Source: Sphyrna mokarran
Taxonomy: Eukaryota
DNA length: 64,000 nucleotides
Reading direction: 5' to 3'
NCBI GenBank assembly: GCA_024679065.1
Contig: JAGIQG010000040.1
Span: forward strand, 3,844,001-3,908,000
Positions 1-12,113 of the stretch are shown piece by piece (position 1 is the first letter of the stretch; every line of letters starts with the position of its first letter). The translations under genes and the position numbers were made by a program. The notes under the pieces are model-generated. The model saw nothing but the letters and a program-made list of their open reading frames with translations. It had not been told where the DNA came from and searched no databases.

Positions 1-1355
1 GGAAATGTGCCTAAATGTGACTCCAGAAATACAGCAATATGGTTGACTCTTAAAGCTTTCTAGTCAGTGGTTTGCCCCAGAATTTTTCTGCGATGAAAGA
101 AGCATTTAGATGACCATCTGACACGCTATGGGCCAAGAGCTGGAAGATGTGATTGGAACGGATGCATGCTTGATAGCTAGTACACACAAGATGGACCGAA
201 GGTCTATAAAAGTTTATAACTCTTTGACTCGACAGCTCCCCTTTCAAATCAGCCATGGGACTTTAAACGCCCAAAGACAAGACCAACTATTTCATATGTC
301 GTCTAAACTTCGATGAGTGACATTGTGGAACTCCCTCAACACAAACAAAAAGTGCTGGAAAATCTCAGCAGCTCTGACAGATCTGTGAGGAGGGAACAAT
401 GCAAACGTTTCGAGTCTAGATGATCCTTCGTCAGTTCTGGTAAAGGGTCAAAGAGACTGAGGGTTCTCTGGGCTCGAAACAAAAACATTCTGGAAAATCC
501 CAGCAAGTCTGATAGCATCTGTGGAGAAAAAACAAGTTTTGAGGCTGGATTACATACAACCAAGCCTACCTGGTCCGACTCCCGATGAACAGCAATGGCT
601 CGCCATCTAAAACGACCTAACAATTATCCGGTTTCCTCCCACAGTCCAAATGACTCGCCTGTTAGTTGCATTGACCACGCTAAATTGCCCTTCAATGTAC
701 TGAACAGGCGCCAGAGCGTGGCGACTAGGAGATTTTCATAGTAATTTAATTGCAGTGTTAATGAAAGCCTAACTGTGACACTAATGAATAAACTTTAAAC
801 AATCCATGAAATTCAGGGCAATTAGGGATGTAAACGAAGCCCTCACCCCATGAGACAGTAGGTAAAACAACACCATTTAGCTTCTAGTTAAACATCACGA
901 TTCGTTTACTTCTTATCAAATCCTTCAATGGATGACCTTATGTAAAATAACACCCACCCCCACCCCCCGCCCTTCGATGGACGTGTCTGCGTCTCAAACC
1001 TGTGTTTTTTTTTCAATCTGTTGTTTGAAAGTACCCTAATTCATTTCAAACCAAAGAACAAAGAATCCCACCTCCAGTGGAATTCCACAATAAAGGGAGT
1101 GGAAATTTAGGGAATTATATGTGCGCCAGATAAAGGACGATCCAGTTAAGGGCGAATTTATTGACGCCAATCAGCCTAAAAAGCACATTTTTGGGATAGG
1201 GGAGGAAACTGAAGCACCCGGAGAAAACCCATACAAACACAGGCAGAATGTGCAAACTCTCACAGACATTGATCCAAGCCGGAGATCCGATCTGGGCCCC
1301 TGTAACTGCACAGCCGATGGAGATAGTCACTGGGCTGACGTTTTGCCAGTCAATT

Positions 1356-4300
1356 GGTCCAGATTAAGCGTACACTAACGGATGTGAAGCACTAGGCAAC
1401 TCTCGAAGCAATATCCAAGAGCAACCCTCGCACTACCCACCGCGTGTATACGCCTTGTTGGCCAACAAGAGGGACCGAATCGCCTGTGGATGTAAAAGGA
1501 GACATCAATAAACACAAATAGACATACAACAGACTATACAGACAATGATGGAAGATCCCCAATAGCTCCAATGTAAGTGACGGTGTGAGGCTTAAAATTT
1601 GTTGGATGGCCGATAGGAATCTATTAATTCCCAGGAACGTCCTGAGGCTCTTGATCTTCACCTAGAACAATCGTTTGTATCCTTCCACTTCCAATCTGGT
1701 GATATGACTATCTAAGTAAGTCTTAAACAACTTTAGCGTGTCTGCCTCCACCACCCTATGTGGCAGTGCATTCCAGGCCCCCGCTATCTTCTGTGTAAAA
1801 AACGTCCCTTTGACAACTGAGTTACATCTCGCCCATCTCACCTTGAGCTCGTGACCCCTCGTGAGCGTCGCCTCCGACCTGGGAAAAAGCTTCCCACTGT
1901 TCACCTTATCTATATCCTTCATAATTTTATACACCTCTATTAGGTCTCCCCTCATTCTCCGTCTTTCCAGGAAGAACAACCCCAGTTTGCCCAATCTCTC
2001 CTCATAGCTAAGACCCTCCATACCAGGCAACATCCTGGTAAATCTTCTCTGCGCTCTCTCCAAGACCTCCACGTCCTTCTGGTAGTGTAGGGACCAGAAC
2101 TGGACGCAGTACTCTGAGTATGGTCTAACCAACGTTCTATTCAGCTGCAACATCAGACTCCAGATTTTATACTCTATACCCCTTCCTATAAAGGCAAGCA
2201 TACCATATGCCTTCTTCACCACCTTCTTCATCTGTGCTGCCACCTTCAAAGATTTGTGGACTTGCAAACCTAGGTTCCTCTGTGTTTCTATACTTTTAAT
2301 GGTCCTACTGTTTATCGAGTAACTCCCCCCAACATTAGTTCTTCCAAAATGCATCACCTCGATTTATCTGAATTAAATTCCATCTGCCATTTCTTCGCCC
2401 AAGTTACCAGCCTATCTATATCCTGCTGTATTGACCAACAACGTTCATCTCTATCAGCAAGTCCAGCCACCTTCGTGTTATCTGCAATCTTGCTGATCAC
2501 ACCAATTACTCCTTCTTCCAAATCATTTATATATATGTCACAAGTAGCAGACGTCCCGGTGTGGAGCCCTGCGAACAGCACTGGTTATAGACCTCGAGCT
2601 GGAAAAAGAACCTTCCACTGCTATCCTCTGCCTCCTGTGACCAAGCCAGTTCCCAATCCATCTAGCCACCTGTCCTTGTATCCCATGAGCCTTAACCTTT
2701 TTTTTTTAAACAACTTGCCATGAGGGACTTTGTCAAACGCCTTACTGAAATCCATATAGAAGACATAGGCTCGGTTAGTGCAATGGATGGGCTCGGTTAG
2801 TGCAATGGATAGCTATAGATTAGCCAGGAGGGAGCTAAAGAGTGAATTGAGGAGAGCAAAGAGAGGACACGAGAAGACTTTGGCTGATAGGATTAGGGAG
2901 AATCCTAAAGCTTTCTTTAGATATGTTAAGAATAGAAGATTGGTTAGGGCAAGATTAGGGCCAGTCATAGACAGCAGTGGGAAGTTGTGCGTGGAGCCTG
3001 AGGAGATTGGAGAGGTACTGAATAAATATTTCTCTTCGGTATTCACGCAGGGTGATGTAAATGTAGTTATGGAGAACACTGAGGTACAGGGTAGCAAACT
3101 GGAAGGTATCGAAGTAGATAGGGAGGATGTGCTAGATATTCTCGAGGGTTTGAAGTTGGATAAGTCCCCTGGGCCGGACGGGATTTACCCTAGGATTCTC
3201 TGGGAGGCAAGAGAGGAGATTGCAGAGCCTCTGGCTCTGATCTTCAGGTCCTCGTTGGTTACGGGTGTGGTTCCGGAGGACTGGAGGATAGCGAATGTGG
3301 TCCCGTTGTTCAAGAAGGGGAAGAGAGACCTTCCAGGGAATTATAGGCCAGTGAGTCTTACTTCTCTGGTGGGCAAAGTGTTGGAGAGAATTATTAGGGA
3401 TAGGATTTATAGTTATTTAGAGAGAAATGAATTGATTGGGGATAGTCAGCATGGTTTTGTGAAGGGTAGGTCGTGCCTTACTAACCTCATTGAGTTTTTT
3501 GAAAAAGTGACCAAAGAGGTGGATGGGGGTAAGGCGGTTGATGTGGTATATATTGACTTTAGTAAGGCGTTTGATAAGGTGGCCCATGGAAGACTTCTGC
3601 AGAAAATGCAGATGTATGGGATAGAGGGTGATTTAGCTAATTGTGTTAGGAATTGGCTAGCAGATAGAAGACAGAGGGTGGTGGTTGATGGGAGATATTC
3701 ATCTTGGAGTTCGGTGACAAGTGGTGTACCTCAGGGGTCTGTTTTGGGGCCCCTGCTGTTTGTAATTTTTATAAATGATCTGGATGAGGGTATTGAAGGA
3801 TGGATTAGTAAATTTGCAGATGACACTAAAGTTGGTGGAGTGGTAGATAGTGAAGATGGGTGTTATAGTTTGCAGAGGGACTTGGACAAGTTGCAGAGCT
3901 GGGCCGAGTGGTGGCAAATGGAGTTTAATGTGGGAAAGTGTGAGGTAATGCACTATGGCAGAAATAATAAATGTGTAGAATATAGGGCAAATGGTAGGAT
4001 TCTTAGTAGTCTAGATGAACAGAGGGATCTTGGTGTGTATGTGCATAGATCCCTGAAAGTAGGCAGTCAGGTCGAGAAGGTTGTTAGGAAGGCATATGGA
4101 GTCTTGGCTTTTATTGGTAGAGGGATTGAATTTCGGAGCCGCAACGTCATGTTGCAACTGTACAAAACTCTAGTGCGGCCGCACTTGGAGTATTGTGTGC
4201 AGTTCTGGTCCCCACATTATAAGAAAGATGTGGAGGCATTGGAGAGGGTACAGAGGAGGTTTACCAGGATGTTGCCTGGTATGGAGGGCAGGTCTTATGA

Positions 4301-5232
4301 GGAGAGGCTGAGGGATTTGAGGTTGTTTTCATTAGAAAGGAGGAGGCTAAGAGGGGACCTGATCGAAACATATAAGATGATTAGAGGTTTAGATAGGGTG
4401 GACAGTGATAGCCTTTTTCCTAGGATGGAGAAAGCTAGCACGAGGGGACACAGCTTTAAATTAAGGGGTGATAGTTATAGGACGGATATCAGAGGCAGGT
4501 TCTTTACCCAAAGGGTGGTTCGGGAGTGGAATGCCCTGCCTGCAGCAGTTGTAGATGCGCCAAGTTTGGTGGCGTTTAAGAGGTTAGTTGATAAGTATAT
4601 GGAAGAGAAGGGAATGGTTTAGTTTGGAGGGGCATTGCTTTTTATATTGTTCGGCGCAACATCGAAGGCCGAAGGGCCTGTTCTGTGCTGTAATGTTCTA
4701 TGTTCTATGTTCTATGACATCCACGACCCTTCCTTCGTCAATCGTTTTTGTCATCTCCTCAAAAAAAAAACTCCAGCAAATTTGTAAGGCATGACCTCCC
4801 TCTTACAAAACCATGCTGTCTGTCACTAATGAGATTGTTCCGTTCTAAATGTGCACGCATCCTCTGTCTAAGAAATCTCTCCAACAACTTCCCTACCACG
4901 GACGTCAAGGTCACAGGCCTATAATTACCCGGGTTATTCCTGCTAAATTTTTCAAATAACGGTACCACATTCCTTTTCCTCCAATCCTCTGGGGCCTCAC
5001 CTGTGTCCAAAACATAGGCAAATATTTCCATCAAAGGCCCAGTAATTTCATCTCTTGTCTCCCTGAGCAGTCTAGGATAAATACCATCAGGCCCCGGGGA
5101 TTGGTCAGTTTCAATGTTCCCTAAAAAACCTAATACTTCCCCCGTTGTAATGGAGATTTTCTCCAACGGGTCAACAACTCTCTCGGAGACATTCTCAGCC
5201 AACGCGTTTCTCTCCTTTGTGAATACTGACGC
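1356..5232 (-). mobile_element. Older CR1 LINE (RT domain and 3' UTR), split by a younger CR1 inserted at ~2768-4714
   Basis: Minus-strand ORFs 1662-2357, 2354-2581 and 4759-5202 give frameshifted CR1 RT motifs (PGPDGIYPR, QHGFVRGRSCLTNL, YCVQFWS, WNALP). The 3' UTR at ~1356-1470 matches that of the CR1 at ~6960-7075. Confidence 0.9.
2768..4714 (+). mobile_element. Young 5'-truncated CR1 LINE with an uninterrupted 614-aa RT ORF and (GTTCTAT)n tail
   Basis: ORF 2778-4622 contains GVPQGSVLGP and KFADDTK. It ends in gttctatgttctatgttctat, has GACAT at both junctions and a short tandem duplication at its 5' end. Confidence 0.95.
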
Positions 5233-5235
5233 CAG

Positions 5236-7075
5236 GTATGTAGATGGGTTGAGAACTGGCTTGGGAGGAGGAGACAGCGGGTAGTAGTGGAAGGCTCTTT
5301 CTCCAACTGGTGGTCAGTCACTAGTGGTGTGCCACAGGGCTCAGTACTAGGACCTCTTAGAACATAGAACATAGAACATAGAACAATACAGCACAGAACA
5401 GGCCCTTCGGCCTTCGATGTTGTGCCGATCAAAATAAAAAGCAATGCCCCTCCAAACTAAACCATTCCCTTCTCTTCCATATACTTATCAATTAACCTCT
5501 TAAACGCCACCAAACTTGGCGCATCTACAACAGCTGCAGGCAGGGCATTCCACTCCCTAATCACTCTTTGAGTAAAGAACCTACCTCTGATATCCGTCCT
5601 ATAACTCATACCCCTTAATTTAAAGCTGTGTCCCTCGTGCTAGCTTTCTCCATCCTAGGAAAAAGGCTATCACTGTCCACCCTATCTAAACCTCTAATCA
5701 TCTTATATGCTTCAATAAGATCCCCTCTTAGCTGCCTCCTTTCTAACGAAAACAACCTCAAATCCAAAACAGACCCTGAGGCACACCACTCGTCACCGAA
5801 CTCCACGATGAATATCTCCCATCAACCACCACCCTCTGTCTTCTATCTGCCAGCCATTCCTAATCCAATTAGCTAAATCACCCTCTATTCCACACATCTG
5901 CATTTTCTGTAGAAGTCTTCCATGGGCCACCTTATCAAACGCCTTACTAAAGTCCATATATACTACATCAACCGCCTTACCCCCATCCACCTCTCTGGTC
6001 ACTTTCTCAAAAAACTCAATCTCTTCTATTTGTGTCTCTTCTATTTGTGATTTATATAAATGACTTGGAAGAGGGGGCATGTGGTGTGATCAGCAAATTT
6101 GCTGATGACACTAAGATACTTGGATTAGCGGGGACTGAGGAGCAGTGCCAGGCAATACAACAGGACATAGATAGGCTGGTAGATTGGGCAGACAGATGGC
6201 AAATGGAATTTAATCCGGATAAATGCGAGGTGATGCATTTTGGCCAGAATAATGTAGAGGGGAGTTATAGGATAAAAGGTAAAACTATCCGGAGTATAGA
6301 GACGCAGAGAGACCTGGGGGTGCAGGTTCACAAGTCTCTGAAGGTGTCAGTACAGGTGGAAAAAGTGATAAAGAAAGCGTATGGTATGTTAGCCTTCATA
6401 GGAAGGGGTATAGAATACAAGAGCAGGAGTTTGATGTTGCAAGTGTATAGAACGTTGGTTAGGCCTCACTTGGACTACTGCGTCCAGTTCTGGTCGCCAT
6501 ACTACCGGAAAGATGTGGAGGCCCTGGACAGAGTGCAGAGGAGATTTACCAGGCTGCTGCCTGGTATGGAAGGGCTGTCTTACGAGGAAAGGTTGAACGC
6601 ACTGGGGTTGTTTTCCCTTGAAAGACGTCGGCTGAGAGGGGATCTATTAGAGGTACATAAGATTATGAGGGGTATAGATAGAGTAAATGGTGGTAAGCTT
6701 TTTCCACCATTAGATTCGGATAGAACGAGGGGTCACGGCCTTAGGGTGAGGGGGGCTATGTATAAGACTAATATTAGAGGGCATTTTTTCACACAAAGGG
6801 TAGTGGGGGTGTGGAATGCACTACCGAGTAAGGTGGTGGGAGCAGGCACGCTAGGGTTGTTTAAGGGTCTCTTGGACAGCCACATGAGCGGTCTGCAGAT
6901 AGAGGGATATAGGAGGACTGTTTAAATACTTTAATTGTTTCCACAGGCTGTTCGGTCCACCTTGTTGACCAACAAGGTGCATGCATTCGGCAGGTCGTGA
7001 GAGGGCTGCTCCTGGATGTTACTTCAGGAGTGGCCTAGTGCTTCATGTCGTTAGTGTATGCTTAAGCTGGACCAT
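5236..7075 (+). mobile_element. CR1 LINE (RT C-terminal half and 3' UTR), interrupted by an internally deleted young CR1 (-) at ~5358-6030
   Basis: 5236-5357 reads ...GVPQGSVLGPL and resumes at ~6040 as LFVIYINDLEEG...KFADDTK (ORF 6032-6925). The nested copy starts with an (AGAACAT)n tail. Confidence 0.9.
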
Positions 7076-7084
7076 CAGATGGGC

Positions 7085-7365
7085 AACATGACAGCTCAGA
7101 GACTATCGCTGTTGCTGTGCAAACACATGGATTTGGGCCTGTGTCTGCAGGAATTTGCGCGTTCTCCCCATGGTTGCGTGGGTTTTCTCCGGGTGCTACG
7201 GTTTCCTCCCACTTCCCAAAAATGTGCTCTTAGGCTGATTGGGTAACTAATTGTCCCTATATTGGTCCCTATATGTCATTAAGACGTTAGGATGGCGGCG
7301 CGGGCTCGTTGGGCCGAAGGGCCTGTTTCCCGTGCTGTGTTGTTCTTTGTTCTTTGTTCTTTGTT
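7085..7365 (+). mobile_element. V-SINE/HE1-like SINE; further copies at ~625-800, 1160-1330, 9200-9510, 26790-27045, 32580-32900, 39635-39925, 41215-41450, 43575-43880
   Basis: Recurring core GGGTTTTCTCCGGGTGCT.CGGTTTCCTCCCAC...TAGG.TGATTGG, with a CR1-like 3' end (gggccgaagggcctgtt) and a (TTCTTTG)n tail in this copy. Confidence 0.75.
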
Positions 7366-7790
7366 TATTCAGGATCTCCCCTACTCCTATTTCGCTCCTC
7401 AATCCACAACTGTGCCCACAGTAGCCTTGTTCGTGAACTGGGGAATTCTCTAGATTAATTCCTCTTCTGTCTTGTTCCCTGCTCCCCCACCCTCCCCCCA
7501 CCCTCCTCGTCTCCACATTTCCACCTCAGTTTCTTTACCTCCATTCCTTCAACAATTTTCCTGAAAAATTACACCAACCGCAGAACAGCTTTCTGGTTTC
7601 TAACCCCTACTGGTGTGCTGTGCCAAATATTTTTAGCCAGTGCTCATGTAGAATCACATGGACGATTTTAATCGGGTGCGGGTGCTTCATAGGAATGGAA
7701 TTGATAGTTATATCTAAGAGGAAGTTGTTGCTGTCGCAGCTGAGGTGATACATCCGACAGCAGCAGCAACAGCAGCAACAGCTGCTAAAG

Positions 7791-7872
7791 AGTTTTTGTG
7801 CTGGCACGTATCACTGTGGGTATACGCTGGGACCACGGTAGTTGAACCTCCCTTAACGCCTGTACAATAACC
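7791..7872 (+). other. TRDD: TCR delta D segment (coding 7819-7833, GGTATACGCTGGGAC) with 5' 12-RSS and 3' 23-RSS
   Basis: AGTTTTTGT(7791-7799)-12 bp-CACTGTG(7812-7818)-D-CACGGTA(7834-7840)-23 bp-ACAATAACC(7864-7872). Open in all three frames (GIRWD/VYAG/YTLG) and unlike the conserved TRBD GGGACAGGGGGC. Confidence 0.93.
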
Positions 7873-8083
7873 TCCCAGTCCCACGGGAGAACATCAAGCT
7901 CTCTCAATAGCACCCTTCCAACACCACATTCCATCACCACCTTCCATCCCCACCGTGATATTCACCGAGTGTACGCTATTAATGGTCTGAACCTCCACCC
8001 AATTAAGGCACTGGGACAGAGCAGAGGGACAGAGAGAGATAGACGAGACCACAATGGATCTTGTCATGGAATCAAAGGGTGTG

Positions 8084-8141
8084 TATGGAGAGGTTGCAAA
8101 GCTCATCTTCGGCAGTGGAACCAGGCTGATTGTAGAACCCA
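8084..8141 (+). CDS. TRDJ: TCR delta J segment 1, YGEVAKLIFGSGTRLIVEP
   Basis: GGATCTTGT(8056-8064)-12-GGGTGTG(8077-8083); FGxG motif; phase-1 donor GTAAGT at 8142. Confidence 0.92.
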
Positions 8142-9565
8142 GTAAGTAATTAATCCCGGATAATGATGACTCAACGTATTATTTTCCCGGCGACTTCATT
8201 GCTAAGTTACCTCAATTTGCACTGTTGTTGTATGGACCAGGTGAACAGAATTCGTTGGGAATCCAAACAGCGGCTTCACTGTACGCTGAGACAGAGCAGA
8301 TATGAGCTTCATTGTTTCCAAAATTCAGGATTGTTTCTTTAAAATATTTAACTGGCCTTTACCATGAAAACCCACCTGGGTGGCGAGCAAGGAGACGTAT
8401 TAGCGAAATGGCTGTGTGCAATGCGATTGAATAATTTATTGATAGATCGTTAGATGAGGCACACTCCGATAGAGCCATCAAATCATAGAGATAGACAGCA
8501 CTGTAAAAGCCGCTTAAACCGAATGAGGGGCAGAGATAGAACAGACAGGAAGATACTTATGGTCATTTTAAAGGGATCAATGAGCATTTTGGAGGGCGTG
8601 GGGGGGTGTGGAGTGCATTGATTTAGGTACGGCGTGGGAGACTTAGAGGGACTGTGAAGAGACCTTTTTCGCCCTAAGAGTGATGGGAGTCTGGAACTCA
8701 TCGACAGAGGCCCTCACAACACTTGATTGGAAACTTTTGGTGCCATATTATGCACCACAATGAGCCAGGAGCTGGAAATGTGATTAGAAAGGTCAGCTAG
8801 CTTGTTTTTGGCTGGGACAGACACGATGGGCCGAGTGGCCTTTGACATACTATAGACTTCTGTTTTATTCCCTAGTGGCAGAGTCCAGGACCAGAGGTTA
8901 AATCCTAGAATAAGGGGCTACCTATTTAGAGAGAGACGATGAAGAAATTCTCCCTTCAGGTGGTACCGAATCTATGGATTTCTTTACTGCAGAGGGATGT
9001 ATAGACTGCCGTTAAGTGTTTTCAATGCTGGGATAGACAGATTTTTAATCCACAAGGAAACGAGGATCATGGGGACACTGTTGGAAAATGGAGTTGAGGA
9101 TTATCATATCAGATCAGTGGTGATCTCATTTAATGATGGGTGAGCCGAATAGCTTCCTTCTGCTCAGAGAGAAGTGCCAGGGGAGATGGAAAAAGTGAAT
9201 CATGGAATCTCTACAGTGCAGAAGGAGGCCATTCGGTCCATCGAGTCTGCGCCAACCACAATGCCTCGCAGGCCCAATATATCCACTTACCTTATTAATA
9301 TCTCTGACACTGCTGTGAGTTTAGCATGGCCAATCAACCTAACACGCACATCTTTGGACTGTGGGAGGAAACCGGAGCACCCGGAGGAAACCACACAGAC
9401 ACAGGGAGAACGTGCAAACTCCACGCAGACAGTGACCCAAGGCCGGAATTGAATCCGGGACTCTGGCTGTGAGGCAGCAGTGCTAAACATTATGCCACTG
9501 TGCCGCCCTCCGTCAGTGTCTTGTCCAAATATTGTGCTCTTTAAAATATTAAAAAAGGGAACTAA

Positions 9566-9568
<3 letters not shown>

Positions 9569-9626
<58 letters not shown>

Positions 9627-9630
9627 TGTG
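9569..9630. repeat. (GT)n microsatellite; others at ~21235, 21415, 22271, 24335-24386, 24456-24491, 57310-57392
   Basis: Perfect dinucleotide runs, which account for the CV/HT-repeat ORFs in the track. Confidence 0.97.
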
Positions 9631-9796
9631 TTGGGGAAGAGGCAGTGGAGGTGGGCGTGGATGAACAGGGTGCAAACGGTTATATTGTTCGAAGAGAAAC
9701 AAATTTAAAAAAGTAATAATAACTCAAAGTCAGTATCAGTTAGGTCTGTGTTCATTTTGCTTGGATCTATACTTTGTCATAAGTACTACCGCTGTG

Positions 9797-9855
9797 CTAT
9801 GATGAAGCTGCGAAGCTCGTCTTCGGTAAAGGGACAAAACTCACAGTGGAGCCCA
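9797..9855 (+). CDS. TRDJ: TCR delta J segment 2, YDEAAKLVFGKGTKLTVEP
   Basis: ATACTTTGT(9769-9777)-12-CGCTGTG(9790-9796); FGKG; donor GTAAGT at 9856. Confidence 0.92.
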
Positions 9856-10489
9856 GTAAGTCATCAATTATTTTCCACCATGACTTATTTACACTAGGGA
9901 AACAACTGAAAGTTTCAGTTCGAATATATCTCACCAAAGTTTTCAATCAGTATCGACTTTTGGCGGTGGGAGAGGTAATATAATGGCTATTAATAACTTG
10001 GGGAAGTCTTATGGCACATTGTGTTAAAGTATCTGTCCCTGAGCCAAAAATGCCTGGTTTGAGTCCTAATCAATGTGCTTGATGGCCAAGGGAGGTGAGT
10101 TTATAATGTGGTCCAACACGAATGGTAAGAGTAGGATAGACTCCTGCTCAAAAACAGACTTGATATGGAACTTTGATCTTTAAGTCCCTAGCAACATTAT
10201 AGCGACCTGTTCCAGAAATAACTAGCTCTAGAAGCAAGTTAATTCTGCCTTTGTGCACCACTAATTGCAGCAAGTGAATTTGGAGTTAGATGTTCTTATT
10301 GTTATAGAATCGTATAAAATTCATTGTTCCTCTTCTGCTAGTAAATGTATTTTAACTCTTTATACAACATAGCAGTTTTCTAGGCATCCAGCCTATTAGT
10401 CAGTATCCCAATTTCCTTGCTATGTGAATTAGTCAGAAACTGAATGACCTTATGCATTGATAGCCCTCTGCTGGCAATGCGAAACAGTG

Positions 10490-10555
10490 CTTATTATTAT
10501 GACGGTACTTTGGAACTCACCTTTGGCAGCCGAATCCAACTGAATACTGTGCCAA
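10490..10555 (+). pseudogene. TRDJ: Defective or ORF-class J segment 3, YYYDGTLELTFGSRIQLNTVP
   Basis: FGSR replaces FGxG; heptamer AACAGTG (10483-10489) with a poor nonamer; donor GTAAG intact at 10556. Confidence 0.75.
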
Positions 10556-11174
10556 GTAAGTGCCAGCTGCTTCCTCTTTACCGTTTGACATACTTTTCTG
10601 TTGAGCCGGTGTCTGGCTAATGTGACAGAGAGCGAAAATAATTCATGAATTCAAATTAATAATAAGTTGTTACATGGATCAACATATCATTAGGTAGCTA
10701 AGTAGAGAGGCAGAGATCCAGGGGATATAATTAATAAATTCACGTGGCAGAAAAAGTGGTGATGTGATAAATGGAGAGCAGGAAAGCCTTACATCATAAA
10801 ACGATACAGAGAGAAATAGGCAGGGCAATGGTCAAATGGACTGAGCAGTGGAAAATTGAAATTTAACTCTGAAAAGTATGGGATGACACATTTTGGGAGG
10901 ACTAACATGACAAGAGAATACAGAGAAGTTAACGAAACCCTACATAGAAAGAGGGTTAGACTTCTAGCTCTGTGTTGTACTTTTGTGAACTAGAGAAAAT
11001 CAAATAGAAGTGGGAATAGTTGGGAGATGGTTTCGGGGACAGGCATAGTTCATTTTCTTCTTGCAATTTGAATTCTAATCTATAGGCAAAACACCAAGCA
11101 AGACAACTACGTTTCCTGTCATTACTGTTCCCACGAGAGTAGCCGATTTGTTTCACATCGATAGCGACATTGTC

Positions 11175-11232
11175 ACCCCCACCAATGAAAAGCTGATTTT
11201 TGACACTGGAACCAAAGTCACTGTGGAACCCA
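11175..11232 (+). pseudogene. TRDJ: J pseudogene 4, PTNEKLIFDTGTKVTVEP
   Basis: FDTG motif, donor mutated to ATAAG, heptamer CATTGTC. Confidence 0.8.
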
Positions 11233-11554
11233 ATAAGCACCTTCGCAAAATGTAACAATGAAGCAGTGCGGATGCGGAAAATCTGAACAATATTTATTGA
11301 GAATGAAATTCCAGACCGTAAAGTGGATAGAAATATATGTCATATGGTGCTAATAGGCTAGAAAGGGAATTGCATTTAAATTGGTGGATGGGAAATGTTT
11401 TTCTTTCAATATATACACTGCTTTGGCTATTGAAGTAAGCAGAATCTGAAATTAAACCCAAAACTCAAACTCAGGAGAAACAAAATATAAATAAATCTTG
11501 TATTTCGGTTCATCTGGTTCGGTTTAATTATTTGTCACATTGTGTACAGATGTG

Positions 11555-11614
11555 CTCGCGCCAGAACTTTAAAACTTATCTTTGGCAGGGTAACGCATTC
11601 ACTATTGCAACTCA
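11555..11614 (+). pseudogene. TRDJ: J pseudogene 5, ARTLKLIFGRV...
   Basis: ATTATTTGT(11527-11535)-12-AGATGTG(11548-11554); KLIFG followed by decayed sequence; donor ATAAG. Confidence 0.7.
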
Positions 11615-11808
11615 ATAAGACATTGATAATATTCAGTTTGGATCTGGTTAGAATTGAAGCAGCTGAAATTTCCTTCTGGGGCTCTTCCTAATGTGAACTT
11701 TGTATATATTGCCCTGCCTCGAGTTAGTGAGTGTGATTTATCATGTGTTAAATGACACATGCATTTTCACTCCATTGGAAGGTTTATGTCTGCGCCCTTT
11801 GCACTATG

Positions 11809-11869
11809 CATTATTATGATACCATGAAGCTCACATTTGGCAGAGGGACCCAGTTGACTGTTGTGCCAA
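11809..11869 (+). CDS. TRDJ: TCR delta J segment 6, HYYDTMKLTFGRGTQLTVVP (non-canonical heptamer)
   Basis: GGTTTATGT(11781-11789)-12-CACTATG(11802-11808); FGRG; donor GTGAGT at 11870. Confidence 0.88.
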
Positions 11870-12113
11870 GTGAGTACGGTTGGAAGTTACATTCATTTTG
11901 TTTCATGCAGATTATATTTTCGCATTATGGTGTCTGATGAATAGCAAGTAAGCAACAATACAAAGTATTAATGGAATATAGTTGAAAGCATTTTGTCTGT
12001 AAGGTGAGCTTCAAGAAGGTAGGGAGACAGCTAGCTCAGGTCTCAATGCTTATTTAGACATGGCAGACCAATTTTTGAACCTCAGCAATGTGACAGGTAT
12101 GGATGAGTGCCTC

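Noticed and set aside
7387-7460. AACTGTG-cc-CACAGTA as a second D segment
   Set aside because: Only 2 bp lie between the heptamers and neither side has a credible nonamer.
7951-7990. CACCGTG heptamer between D and J1
   Set aside because: No nonamer at 12 or 23 bp.
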